The position numbers were made by a program, and so were the translations under genes. From Fibrobacteria bacterium (GTDB lineage Bacteria; Fibrobacterota; Fibrobacteria; UBA11236; JADFYW01), in NCBI GenBank assembly GCA_050294405.1, contig JBNKOC010000025.1:130628-194627 (forward strand): a stretch of DNA of 64,000 nt. The letters are read 5' to 3'. Within the stretch, counting starts at the first letter, position 1; each line of letters begins with the position of its first letter. The notes beneath the pieces were generated by a model. It saw nothing but the letters and a program-made list of their open reading frames with translations, was not told the origin of the DNA and did no database searches. Of the stretch, positions 8,171-17,802 are shown in pieces.

Positions 8171-11170
8171 ATGAAATTCAGTATGAACTGGATTGTATTT
8201 ATGGCTATGTTTTTTATATGCTATAGCCAAAGCTTTAGTCAAAAGTATAAATGGGCGTATATTCCTATCCCCTATATTCAATCCGCAGCTGATCTAAACC
8301 AGCCAGTTCTTAAAGTCGATAGTAAGGGGGTTTATAAAATTGCTTTTGCAGCCAACCAACATATTATGTATGCGGAGTTTGATGGGACCTTTTGGAAAAT
8401 TGAAATTGGAGGGGATGATTCTTATCGGGATTCAAAGGTAGATTTGGCTCTGGATTCAAAAGATGAACCGCATTTGTTGTACCATCAAGGGGATTACGAC
8501 GGCATTATTTATGCAAATAAAAATAATGGCAATTGGCAAAGTGAAATTATTGCCAGGCCTGAGAATATTAAAACGGACTGGTATCAGCTTTCCATAATTT
8601 TAAACGACCAGGATGAAGTTTTTACTGCATATACATCTCCCAATGGGGAACTTGCCGAAGCCACTTTGTTTTATAGTATTATTTCAACACCAGGACAAAT
8701 TCCTCCACCTACTCCAATGGTTCCCACTGGAAGAAACGGTAAATGGAATGATTTTATTATTGACAATCAAACAGGTTTGCCTGTACTTGCTTATTTTGCC
8801 GACCACGTTCGTAAGCCCGTGCTTGCCCGATATGGTGACAATGATTGGGATTTGGAGTTAATTGACAGTATTCAAGTAAACGACAGCACCATTTTTGATG
8901 AAAATCTTTATGGTTATGGTATTAGTTTGGCGCAAAAACGAAACGGAACTTATGTAATGACACACCATGATGCAGAAGCAGGTCAAAACGCCGTTTATTT
9001 AATGGAAGGGGTAGAGGGAAACTGGAAGAAGGAAATAGTATATACCATCATCCATACAACTTGGTCTTCTGAAAACCCGGTATCAGTGGACAGCCGCGAT
9101 AGTGTTTTTGTTGCTCATAATTTATACGACAATGAAACTAAAAGAAATGACTTGTATTTAAGCTATCGAGAAAATGAAAATTGGATTCACGAATTAGTGG
9201 AAAACAATAGCTATGCCGGGCTTTATCCCGATTTGGCTATTAATAAATACGACCGGCCTGCCATTAGTTATCTGGATTCTGTTGCAAACCTCCTGTATTT
9301 AGCAATCGCTGTAGACGAGGTTCCATCCAAAGAGCCAAAAGCAATTATAGATACTTCTGCCATTAGTTTTAATCATATTTCTGATTCATTAAAAATCAAT
9401 AACATTAAAATAAATTGTGAATATGTAGGAAAGCTGTTTCCCTTAGCGCTAAAAAAAGACTCAACTCTTACCCGGGTGTTCTTAAAAGTGTTTTTTGAAA
9501 ATGAAAACAACGATTTGAGAGTATACCCGCTTAAATTGAATCCTACTGATACCAGTTTTACAGCAAGTGTCAATTACAATTTAAATACAAGAGCTAAAAT
9601 TATCGTAGAAGGCGATGATATATACAGAAACAAATTTGTTTCTGACACAATAATATATAAGCTTACTGATACTCTGTATTATTCCAAGGTAGATACTACT
9701 GGCCCGGATTTCTCCGAAATTGGTTTTAGCAATTTGATTATTTCAGATTCCTTATTAGCTGTTGGGCCACTGAATTTCCCAGAGTCTCAAAGTAAAGCGC
9801 CTGTTAAAAGTGTGCGATATAATTTCTTAAGGTCTTTTGAAAACTCCATTGATACAGGAAGCTTTGTATGGGATGAGGATGGGTGGACGGCTGATAGCAT
9901 CTTTTTGGGATTGAATAATATTGGGCTTTTGCAGATATTGGCCCAGGATACCTTGGGAAAAGTTACAGATAAGTGGATAAAGATATGCTCCCCCTGGGAC
10001 TGGCCTGAAATGAATTTTGAAGATAGCCGGTGGCAACTTGTGGGCGTCCCATTTGATATAGGTTATAAAGAGTTTAAAGCGGGGTTATCGCCCTCCGGCG
10101 CAAACCATCACTTCTATATTATTTCCGATAATGAATTAAAAGAAAAAAAATTTAAGGATAATGATAGCATCATGGCGGGAACAGGAATGTTATATGGCGC
10201 TCTAAATGGAAATTGGAGCGTTGAAAGCTTTACCCAGGGCATAAGTAATAAGGCTGTGGATACCCTGTATTTAAAAAAAGGCTGGAATTTAATAACCATG
10301 CCATTTCCTTTCGAAGTGCCAGCCTCTTCCATTCAATTTTCCAGAGAGGATCAAATTGCCTTGCTGTTGCAATTGAGGTATTCTTCTCCAAATTACGTAT
10401 GGCAAGCAGCAGGCTCTACATTTTTTCCCTATGTGGGGTATGCCCTGTATTCCAGGCTCGATAATCAATACATTACATTTGACTTTAGTCCCAGTATTCC
10501 TGAAAAACCTGGGGGCCTGCATACATACAGTGAATTGTTGGAAAAAAATTCCGGTCAAAGGGTGTATTTTTCAGAGAGTTATGAGCCGATTCCCTATTTA
10601 ACACCATTGGAAAGTGACACTAAATTATACGCACTAAATGACAGTTCACAATATTTGCTAAAGCAATATGCAAATAATATAAAAGAACGGATTTATTTGG
10701 TTAGTAAAAACATGGATAATGTGAATTTCCAGTGGAACGGTTCCAGGCGCTTTCAAAAAGTAGAATTAATTGACCTTGCTACGGGTTACAATGTTTTGGA
10801 TAGCCAAAAACATCCAAAAGCTTCCGATTCTTATTTGTTGCTTGCAGGGACTTCGCGATTTGTGGAAAACGAAAAAAGCGGTGTCAAGGCTACAATTCCT
10901 TATTCTATTAACAAGATACCCAATGTACTAAATCAATCCTTAAATAGAATTCCAATACAATTTTCCAAGGGTGTTGAATCTGTAAAGTTGAATCTAACCT
11001 TTAGCGATTTACGAGGGAAAAAAATAAGTTTAAAAAACATTAAGGTTGATGATTCTAATCCTTATTTGGAATTTAACTTGGGCGCTTTCCCGTTGGGAGT
11101 GTATGTAATGGAAATAAATGACCATGAACATAACATTAAGGAAGTTTTAAAGGTGATTGTAAGTGAATAG
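8171..11170 (+). CDS. Large secreted protein: N-terminal beta-propeller-like repeats and C-terminal T9SS-like sorting domain
   Basis: Signal peptide. Repeated 'DLALDSKDEPHLLY' / 'DLAINKYDRPAISY' blades. LKKGWNLITMPF motif. C-terminus 'FSDLRGKKI...LGVYVMEI...KVIV'. Confidence 0.6.
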   Translation: MKFSMNWIVFMAMFFICYSQSFSQKYKWAYIPIPYIQSAADLNQPVLKVDSKGVYKIAFAANQHIMYAEFDGTFWKIEIGGDDSYRDSKVDLALDSKDEPHLLYHQGDYDGIIYANKNNGNWQSEIIARPENIKTDWYQLSIILNDQDEVFTAYTSPNGELAEATLFYSIISTPGQIPPPTPMVPTGRNGKWNDFIIDNQTGLPVLAYFADHVRKPVLARYGDNDWDLELIDSIQVNDSTIFDENLYGYGISLAQKRNGTYVMTHHDAEAGQNAVYLMEGVEGNWKKEIVYTIIHTTWSSENPVSVDSRDSVFVAHNLYDNETKRNDLYLSYRENENWIHELVENNSYAGLYPDLAINKYDRPAISYLDSVANLLYLAIAVDEVPSKEPKAIIDTSAISFNHISDSLKINNIKINCEYVGKLFPLALKKDSTLTRVFLKVFFENENNDLRVYPLKLNPTDTSFTASVNYNLNTRAKIIVEGDDIYRNKFVSDTIIYKLTDTLYYSKVDTTGPDFSEIGFSNLIISDSLLAVGPLNFPESQSKAPVKSVRYNFLRSFENSIDTGSFVWDEDGWTADSIFLGLNNIGLLQILAQDTLGKVTDKWIKICSPWDWPEMNFEDSRWQLVGVPFDIGYKEFKAGLSPSGANHHFYIISDNELKEKKFKDNDSIMAGTGMLYGALNGNWSVESFTQGISNKAVDTLYLKKGWNLITMPFPFEVPASSIQFSREDQIALLLQLRYSSPNYVWQAAGSTFFPYVGYALYSRLDNQYITFDFSPSIPEKPGGLHTYSELLEKNSGQRVYFSESYEPIPYLTPLESDTKLYALNDSSQYLLKQYANNIKERIYLVSKNMDNVNFQWNGSRRFQKVELIDLATGYNVLDSQKHPKASDSYLLLAGTSRFVENEKSGVKATIPYSINKIPNVLNQSLNRIPIQFSKGVESVKLNLTFSDLRGKKISLKNIKVDDSNPYLEFNLGAFPLGVYVMEINDHEHNIKEVLKVIVSE

Positions 11171-11951
11171 AATTGCCCTATTAAGTCTGTTTGTTCTTAT
11201 GCAATATGTTTGCTTTTCAAAAGATTGTAATGATGTGCCTATTAATGATATGATTTTAAGGGGGAAAATTGGTGGTGGGGATAGCCTATTGGTAAAAAAT
11301 CAGTGGTTGCCCTGTTCTAAAATATTGGTTGAGGCTGAAACAGTTGCGGAAATTGAAGAAGGGACTGTTTTGGGTTTTGTTCATCCAGATCCTGAAAATA
11401 AAATTTATGTGGATGGGACCCTTATTATCAATGGCCGAAAAAAGAATCCTGTTATTTTTTCAGGATATTTAGACAACTCTGCTAGAAGCGATACGTCCGG
11501 TGAACATGGTTGGGGAGGCATAGTTATTAATAATGGCGGAAAACTGATTGTTCACGGAGCTAATTTCTATGGAGCCAAAATTCCAATTTCAGGATATTCC
11601 ACGGATATAGAGCTGCGAGAATCATTTTTTAAAAATGGAGAAAAAGTATTGCTTTTTTCCCACCGCAGCTATTCTATTGATAGTTCCGGATATATCGATA
11701 GCTTGTTAGTGGCCCAATATGTTAATCAACCAGTGGCTAACCCAGCCCCAGCTAACTCCGAAAATTCTGGAGAAAAAGCCGGGTATAAAATGGGCCTTAA
11801 AATCCCAAAATCTGTATTGGCTCTTTTAGCGGGAAGCGCCATATTAGGAGGTTCTGTTTACGGGATTAGCGCTTGGATAAAAGCAAACAGACCAACTGCA
11901 GAAGAGCGTTTTCTTACTCGGCGTCCGAGGCTCCCAGAAGTAGCTGAATAA
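11163..11951 (+). CDS. Exported protein with beta-helix-like domain and C-terminal transmembrane anchor
   Basis: Signal peptide, 'VDGTLIINGRKKNPVIFSG..WGGIVI' beta-helix signature, P/A/N linker and hydrophobic C-terminal helix. 8-nt overlap with the upstream gene. Confidence 0.6.
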   Translation: MNRIALLSLFVLMQYVCFSKDCNDVPINDMILRGKIGGGDSLLVKNQWLPCSKILVEAETVAEIEEGTVLGFVHPDPENKIYVDGTLIINGRKKNPVIFSGYLDNSARSDTSGEHGWGGIVINNGGKLIVHGANFYGAKIPISGYSTDIELRESFFKNGEKVLLFSHRSYSIDSSGYIDSLLVAQYVNQPVANPAPANSENSGEKAGYKMGLKIPKSVLALLAGSAILGGSVYGISAWIKANRPTAEERFLTRRPRLPEVAE

Positions 11952-11952
11952 A

Positions 11953-12975
11953 ATGAAAGAAAAGTTAATTAGTTCAGCCGGTAAGCTGGCAAGCCTTTTG
12001 CCTGATTCTTTGAATGCAATTGCCTGGAAAAAGAAAAATCTTTTGAAATCAAGAGAAAAGTCTCAACTACCCTTTCAAATTATGATTTATCACAGAGTTC
12101 TGAAAAAGCCAGATCCCTTTGCTATGGCTCCGGTCTTGGAAAAAGATTTTGAAAATCAAATAAAGCTTTACTCAGAAAATTTTAGAGTGATTGGGTTAAG
12201 TCAACTACATAAGGAAATACAAGAAGGCTATGTTGAAGAAAAAACCTTATGTATAACATTTGATGATGGATACAAGGATAATTTTGAAGTTGCTCTTCCA
12301 ATCCTAAACAAATACAACTTGCCTGCTACGGTATTTGTGGCTACCAAGGCCGTAGATAGCCAAGAGCTTCTATGGTATGATAAAGTGTTGAGTTTATTTT
12401 CCAGGTCGAAAGAAAATGTATTTGAGTTTCCTGAATTAAATATTTCTGTTTTTAGTTTGACCCCTACTGAGAACAAAAGGGACGCCGCTCATTGCGTTTT
12501 GGGAAAATTAAAAGAATTTGATCCTATGCAAAGAGATAGTTACATAATAGAAATAGCTAAGCAATTAAAAGTGGATTTGGTAGAGAACACCAATATTATG
12601 TTATCCTGGGAGAATGTTAAGGAGTTAAAAGGCAATGGAGTTGAAATTGGTGCTCATACTCATAGCCATCCCATATTGTCTAAACTCAATTATGAGGAAG
12701 CGCTGCTTGAGATTAAAACATCCAAAGAAATTTTAGAGGATAAGCTTCAGGAAGAAGTAAGTAGCTTTGCTTATCCAAATGGTGGCAGAGAAGATTACAA
12801 CTCCAGTACCATCAAAGCAGTTCAGGACAGCGGTTTAAAATTGGCCGTAACAACCAATCACGGAACCAACACCACAAAAAGCAATTTATTCGAATTAAAC
12901 CGACGGCAGACTTGGGAGAGTGACCCTTATAGTTTATATATCCGTTTATTGGGCGATTGTATTAGGGCAAACTAA
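11953..12975 (+). CDS. Polysaccharide deacetylase (CE4/NodB family)
   Basis: MIYHRV, ITFDDGY, GAHTHSHP and FAYPNG motifs. Confidence 0.9.
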   Translation: MKEKLISSAGKLASLLPDSLNAIAWKKKNLLKSREKSQLPFQIMIYHRVLKKPDPFAMAPVLEKDFENQIKLYSENFRVIGLSQLHKEIQEGYVEEKTLCITFDDGYKDNFEVALPILNKYNLPATVFVATKAVDSQELLWYDKVLSLFSRSKENVFEFPELNISVFSLTPTENKRDAAHCVLGKLKEFDPMQRDSYIIEIAKQLKVDLVENTNIMLSWENVKELKGNGVEIGAHTHSHPILSKLNYEEALLEIKTSKEILEDKLQEEVSSFAYPNGGREDYNSSTIKAVQDSGLKLAVTTNHGTNTTKSNLFELNRRQTWESDPYSLYIRLLGDCIRAN

Positions 12976-14291
12976 TAATAATTTTCTTCCGGCTCTTCCT
13001 CTTCCAAATCATGTTCTTCCTCCATATCTTCTTCAGATATGTAATCGTCAGAATCGAGCATAAGATTATATACATTTGGCAGCGCATTAGATAAACACAA
13101 AAAGCTCCATAAATATTCATTAAACGGTCTATTTAAAAAAGTCATTGAAAACAACATACCTGCCAAAGATGACATAAATACAAAACTTAATTTGGAAACC
13201 TCCATATCTCCATTTTCAAGAGCTAGTTTTTGAACGCTATATAGTCTAAAGTAGGTTAGTCCCAGAATAAATAAGTAAATAAATAGGCCCACAAAGCCTG
13301 TTTCCGAGCTAATCATCATCCAGATGCTATGGGGATTGTGGTAGCTGGGGCCATATATCAGGCATACTTCCAGCCAACCGCCCGGTCCCCAGCCAAAAAT
13401 GGGCTTGTCTACCGTTGCATTAAAGGCTCCAATCATTAGCGCCATCCGGTTCGCTGCCGAGCCTTCGGTTTGTTCGGCACTAAGCTCAATAGTGTTCATT
13501 CTATCAAACCAGGAATCAGGTAAAGAAAAGAATACAACGGCGCCTAAAATTCCAACCAGGGTAAAATCTCTGATTTTCTTTTTTGACACGAAGGTAATGT
13601 AAATTAGGGTCATAAAACAAACACCTAAGGAGGCGCCGCGACTATTTGAAAGCACGATAGCCACCATGGCTAAAGAGAAAATCAAAATAAAAAATGGTTT
13701 TGCGAGCTTTCGAAATTTGTAGTCGTAGTTGTAAATAAAGAAGATAAACAGAGGTAAGGTTCCCACAATTCCAGCTGTAAAGTCATTTCTATCTTCCATT
13801 TGGGAACCTGGGATTCCCATGTCTGTGGTGACCCCTTTAATCAAGCAATGGATACCTGCCTGTGAAGACCACACCCCAATGGAAAGGGCCAGGGTCAACA
13901 TGATGAACTTTATATCTTTGGTGCTGTTAATAGCGGTGTAAATAAACACCAACGGGATAAAGTACTTTAGCCAGGTGATAAATTCTGGCCAGGCAACTAG
14001 TCCAAAGGGAGACATGACGCAAGATAACATTATCCATATTAACATGCCCACTATGGAATAAAAGAATATGCCAAATTGGGGCACAAAAGCTTGGGTAAAA
14101 TAAGACTTGGCGTAAGATAGGACTAAAACCAAAAGGGCAAGGTGGGCGGCTGGGAACCCCCCTGGGTTTTTGGCAAAGTCCAGGGGCCGAAAGAAATCAT
14201 TCCATAAAAACATGGCGGCTGCCATAGCAAAGGAATGGAAAGAAATAATGCTTCCTAGGCCAAAAAGCCCTAATACCAGTAAAAATCGCAT
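12972..14291 (-). CDS. O-antigen ligase/polymerase-like membrane protein (exosortase A system O-glycosylation ligase type)
   Basis: About 11-12 hydrophobic segments. DRND, SNSRGA, SAANR, PIFGWGPG and HSIW..SETGFVG motifs. Confidence 0.85.
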   Translation of the reverse strand: MRFLLVLGLFGLGSIISFHSFAMAAAMFLWNDFFRPLDFAKNPGGFPAAHLALLVLVLSYAKSYFTQAFVPQFGIFFYSIVGMLIWIMLSCVMSPFGLVAWPEFITWLKYFIPLVFIYTAINSTKDIKFIMLTLALSIGVWSSQAGIHCLIKGVTTDMGIPGSQMEDRNDFTAGIVGTLPLFIFFIYNYDYKFRKLAKPFFILIFSLAMVAIVLSNSRGASLGVCFMTLIYITFVSKKKIRDFTLVGILGAVVFFSLPDSWFDRMNTIELSAEQTEGSAANRMALMIGAFNATVDKPIFGWGPGGWLEVCLIYGPSYHNPHSIWMMISSETGFVGLFIYLFILGLTYFRLYSVQKLALENGDMEVSKLSFVFMSSLAGMLFSMTFLNRPFNEYLWSFLCLSNALPNVYNLMLDSDDYISEEDMEEEHDLEEEEPEENYY

Positions 14292-14429
14292 TTTATTTTA
14301 ATTTAAATTTTGGCTTGTTCAGTGAGGCTAAAATAAAAAATGATGCCTTAGGTTTGTCTTAATTTTGGTTAAAAGGGGTAAAATATCCATAATCACTAAT
14401 TTCATCATAGAAATTTTTAATTTAAAAAA

Positions 14430-15530
14430 ATGAAAATTAAGATTTTACATATTGTCCAGTCCTTTGGAGTTGGGGGAATGGAAGGAAGGATTAACCGATT
14501 GGCCAGGGGTTTGGACCCTGAACTTTTTTCTATCAGTATAATTACTTTAAGGCCCAACCCTAACAGACAATTACAACTTCCTTCACATGTGAAAATATCG
14601 CATTTTGATATTCCCTCTGGAATTCACTTTGGCAAATTGATTAAACTATCGAATTATATTAGAAAAGAAAAATTTTTGTTGGTACACTCTCACAATTGGG
14701 CAACTATGTTTTACGGCGTTTTGGCTGGTAGACTAGCTGTTAAACCATATGTTTTTCATGGAGAGCATGGAATTAACTTTGAAGATACGCTTGGGATATC
14801 CTCTAAAAGGTTAATGCTTCAAAAAATTTTGGCTGCATTATGCCATCGAATTGTTGCTGTAAATTCGGCTATGGAAGAATACCTGAAATCAAACTGGAAA
14901 TGTGGGAACAAGGTTGTATCCATAATGAATGGTGTGGATTTGCAGCGTTTCCAGCCAGCTGACGCGCCCAGGCATCCTCTGGTTTTTGGTTTTATGGGAC
15001 GCCTGGATAAAGTAAAAAATATTCCCTGCATATTATTAGCTGGAAAAATTTTGATGGATAAGGGCTACTACCCTGAAGACTTTAGAATCCTTATTGGTGG
15101 AAATGGCCCCGAGAAAGAACTGTTGGATAAACTTGTAATGGAACATGGCTTAGAAAAAGTTGTAGAGTTTTTAGGAGATTGTCAGGAGCCCGAAAAAGAA
15201 TATTTGAAATTTTCGGTATTCATAAATTCTTCCTTTTCAGAGGGAATGAGCAATACTCTCTTGGAGGCAATGGCAGTTGGATTGGCTTTAATTTGGGCGA
15301 ATAATGAGGGTAACAAAAGTTGGCTTTCCAATGGAAAAGACGGATTGGAATTTGAAAATGACGATAGTACAGGGTTAGCAGAAAAAATGGAATATTTTAT
15401 AACTCATAAAGAGGAAATAAGCAGCTTTGGAATTGCAAATCGAAAAAGGGCTGAATCTGATTTTGACAATATGAATTTTATAAACAATTATAAAAGAGAA
15501 TATTTGGGTTTATTTAGAAATGTTAATTAG
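14430..15530 (+). CDS. Glycosyltransferase family 4 (PEP-CTERM system sugar transferase type)
   Basis: GGME, HSHNW, HGEHG, NGVD, GRLDKVKN and EGMSNTLLEAMA motifs. Confidence 0.9.
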   Translation: MKIKILHIVQSFGVGGMEGRINRLARGLDPELFSISIITLRPNPNRQLQLPSHVKISHFDIPSGIHFGKLIKLSNYIRKEKFLLVHSHNWATMFYGVLAGRLAVKPYVFHGEHGINFEDTLGISSKRLMLQKILAALCHRIVAVNSAMEEYLKSNWKCGNKVVSIMNGVDLQRFQPADAPRHPLVFGFMGRLDKVKNIPCILLAGKILMDKGYYPEDFRILIGGNGPEKELLDKLVMEHGLEKVVEFLGDCQEPEKEYLKFSVFINSSFSEGMSNTLLEAMAVGLALIWANNEGNKSWLSNGKDGLEFENDDSTGLAEKMEYFITHKEEISSFGIANRKRAESDFDNMNFINNYKREYLGLFRNVN

Positions 15531-17766
15531 ATACATTATTTTTTTTACTCTTAGCTTATTGCCAACTGTTTTGGTTTTGGGATTGCCAAAACCTTCGTTA
15601 ATTAGCCCATCAACATCCGATTTTAACCCCTATGTATCGTTTGGTTTGGCTTTTAAAAAGGGAGATGTTCCCAAATTAAAAACGCTTGCCCTGGAGCCAG
15701 TGGCAGCAATTGGCAATTTGATACAGGTGAACCCGCTTGCTCAGTACGAAGACAGTTCACTCAAGCATGCTATAGTTCATTTAAAAGTTTCCAAGGATTT
15801 TTTGGAAACAAAACCGACTTTAAATTTCCTTTTATCTTCCCTTTCCCCTAAGGCCGCTCCTAAGCAAGGAATAATTAATAAAAATGAAATTTTGATTTCT
15901 ATTGCTTACGGAGGAAAAAGGTTTGAAGCAAAGTGGTCTTTGTTAAATCGCGCTTTGAAACCCTTAATCCGATATTCAGGTCCTCTTTGTGTGGAAAAAA
16001 AATATCATTTGCCTTTTAAAGATGACAAGGGCCGGGAGCATCCCCACTTGGCTGTTGTTTTAAATGTTCGGGAATATGAGGGGGGAGCCAGTTTCCGATA
16101 TGATGTGAGTGTGGAAAATATCTTCAGTTATGTCGCTAATCCAGGGGGATATGAATATTCTGCAAAAATATACTTAAATCAAAAAATTATTTTTGAACAA
16201 AAGAAATTAACTCATACCCACCATTCCAGATGGAGGAGGACATTTTGGGATAATTCAGCAGGTGAAATCCAAGTCAAAGATGACATAGACTATTTATTTT
16301 CCACAGACATTATTCCAAACTATGACAGATCTGTGAAAGTATCTTCTGAGGCGATTCGCAATTTGCCGATTCACATTCCTCCTATGGAAATAGGGAGCTT
16401 CACTTCATATATGCCACAAACAGGTGCGCAAGCAACCATAGGCCCGTTGCCTCATTTTGCTGCGATTTATTTATTAACAGGAAATGCAAACGCCAAGCTT
16501 TCAGTACTGGAACATGGAAATGCTGGGGGAACTTACCAGATACATTACAAACTCAAAAAAAAGCAGCTTCCCATAACATTAGCAGATTATCCTTATTTAA
16601 CTTTGGATGCTGGACGTAATGACACAAGAAACCCCAAGACCGGACGATTTGAAGCCTTCCCTCCGGTAAAAATCGGACTTGAAAAACACAGGCCGGATGA
16701 TGCCCACCAACCTTCCATAGCGTTTTTGCCGTATTTATTAACAGCTGACGATTATTATTTGGAGGAGCTTCATTATTGGGCGAATTATAATGTTATTAAA
16801 GCTCATCCGGGATATCGGGAATATGAAAAAGGGCTTTTGAAATGGGGGCAAGTTCGTGCTCAAGCCTGGTCTTTGCGAACTCTAGCTCATGCAGCGTTTA
16901 TCACGCCAAATAACCATCCGCTATACGATTATTTTAACGATATTTTGAGCAATAACATAGAGTATTATAACCAAAGCTATGGCAATTCCAAAAATGAATT
17001 GGGGATAGTGAATACCAGAATTCCAAGACCGTGGATGGATGATTATTTAACCTGGGCAGTAGGTTATGTATATCAACTTGGCCACAAATCTATTTTACCC
17101 TTCTTTGAGTATAAATCAAGATTCCCAGTACTAAGAATGACTCCTCCATTTTGCTGGCATCAAGCTTCGATTTATGAGGATAAAATTTTTAACGCAGATG
17201 GAAGTATTTTCTCAAAGGCTGAGGAATATATAAAATCAAATAGCCCGGCTTCCTGTGTAGGGTACGAAATGAATGGATACCCAAAAGATGCGATGGGGTA
17301 TGGCGCTTTTTTGCAGCCTGCCTTGGCTATTATTTACGATTTTAATATGGAAGGAAGCAAGGCTGCTTGGAACCTTTATGAAAAGCGCCACCCGAGCCAG
17401 GATTATAGCCGTTACCCTCAATTCGCCATTGTTCCTAAAAATTATAAAAAAGAAAAAAAACCGAAGGCGGATTTAAGCCAGGTAAAAGTAAAAGAAGCTG
17501 AGCCTGCTGGAAATGTAGAGCCATTTATTAAAATAAAATTAAATTATAAAGCCACTGTGTTTGGGGAAATTATTTTGCAGGACGATAAAACCAATTTAGA
17601 ATGTTTGTTGGGAAAATTTCCAAAAGGAGAGCATACAATAACATTGGGGGAAATTAAGAAGTGCGCTGAAAAAGCAAAATTGGAGTTCCCCATAAAAATA
17701 AAATTAAAATCTTTAGATAGTTTTAGGCATACGGAATATATAAGCGAAGAATTCGAATACAAATAA
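15520..17766 (+). CDS. Secreted protein, PcRGLX/YetA-like (possible polysaccharide lyase fold)
   Basis: Signal peptide, N-terminal 'PYVSFGLAFKKGDV' and an aromatic-rich helical C-terminal half (DAHQPS..FLPYLLT.D.YYLEEL, QVRAQAWSLR). Confidence 0.5.
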   Translation: MLIRYIIFFTLSLLPTVLVLGLPKPSLISPSTSDFNPYVSFGLAFKKGDVPKLKTLALEPVAAIGNLIQVNPLAQYEDSSLKHAIVHLKVSKDFLETKPTLNFLLSSLSPKAAPKQGIINKNEILISIAYGGKRFEAKWSLLNRALKPLIRYSGPLCVEKKYHLPFKDDKGREHPHLAVVLNVREYEGGASFRYDVSVENIFSYVANPGGYEYSAKIYLNQKIIFEQKKLTHTHHSRWRRTFWDNSAGEIQVKDDIDYLFSTDIIPNYDRSVKVSSEAIRNLPIHIPPMEIGSFTSYMPQTGAQATIGPLPHFAAIYLLTGNANAKLSVLEHGNAGGTYQIHYKLKKKQLPITLADYPYLTLDAGRNDTRNPKTGRFEAFPPVKIGLEKHRPDDAHQPSIAFLPYLLTADDYYLEELHYWANYNVIKAHPGYREYEKGLLKWGQVRAQAWSLRTLAHAAFITPNNHPLYDYFNDILSNNIEYYNQSYGNSKNELGIVNTRIPRPWMDDYLTWAVGYVYQLGHKSILPFFEYKSRFPVLRMTPPFCWHQASIYEDKIFNADGSIFSKAEEYIKSNSPASCVGYEMNGYPKDAMGYGAFLQPALAIIYDFNMEGSKAAWNLYEKRHPSQDYSRYPQFAIVPKNYKKEKKPKADLSQVKVKEAEPAGNVEPFIKIKLNYKATVFGEIILQDDKTNLECLLGKFPKGEHTITLGEIKKCAEKAKLEFPIKIKLKSLDSFRHTEYISEEFEYK

Positions 17767-17802
17767 ATATTTTGAAATAAGAGCTTTCTATGCAAAAGCC
17801 GG

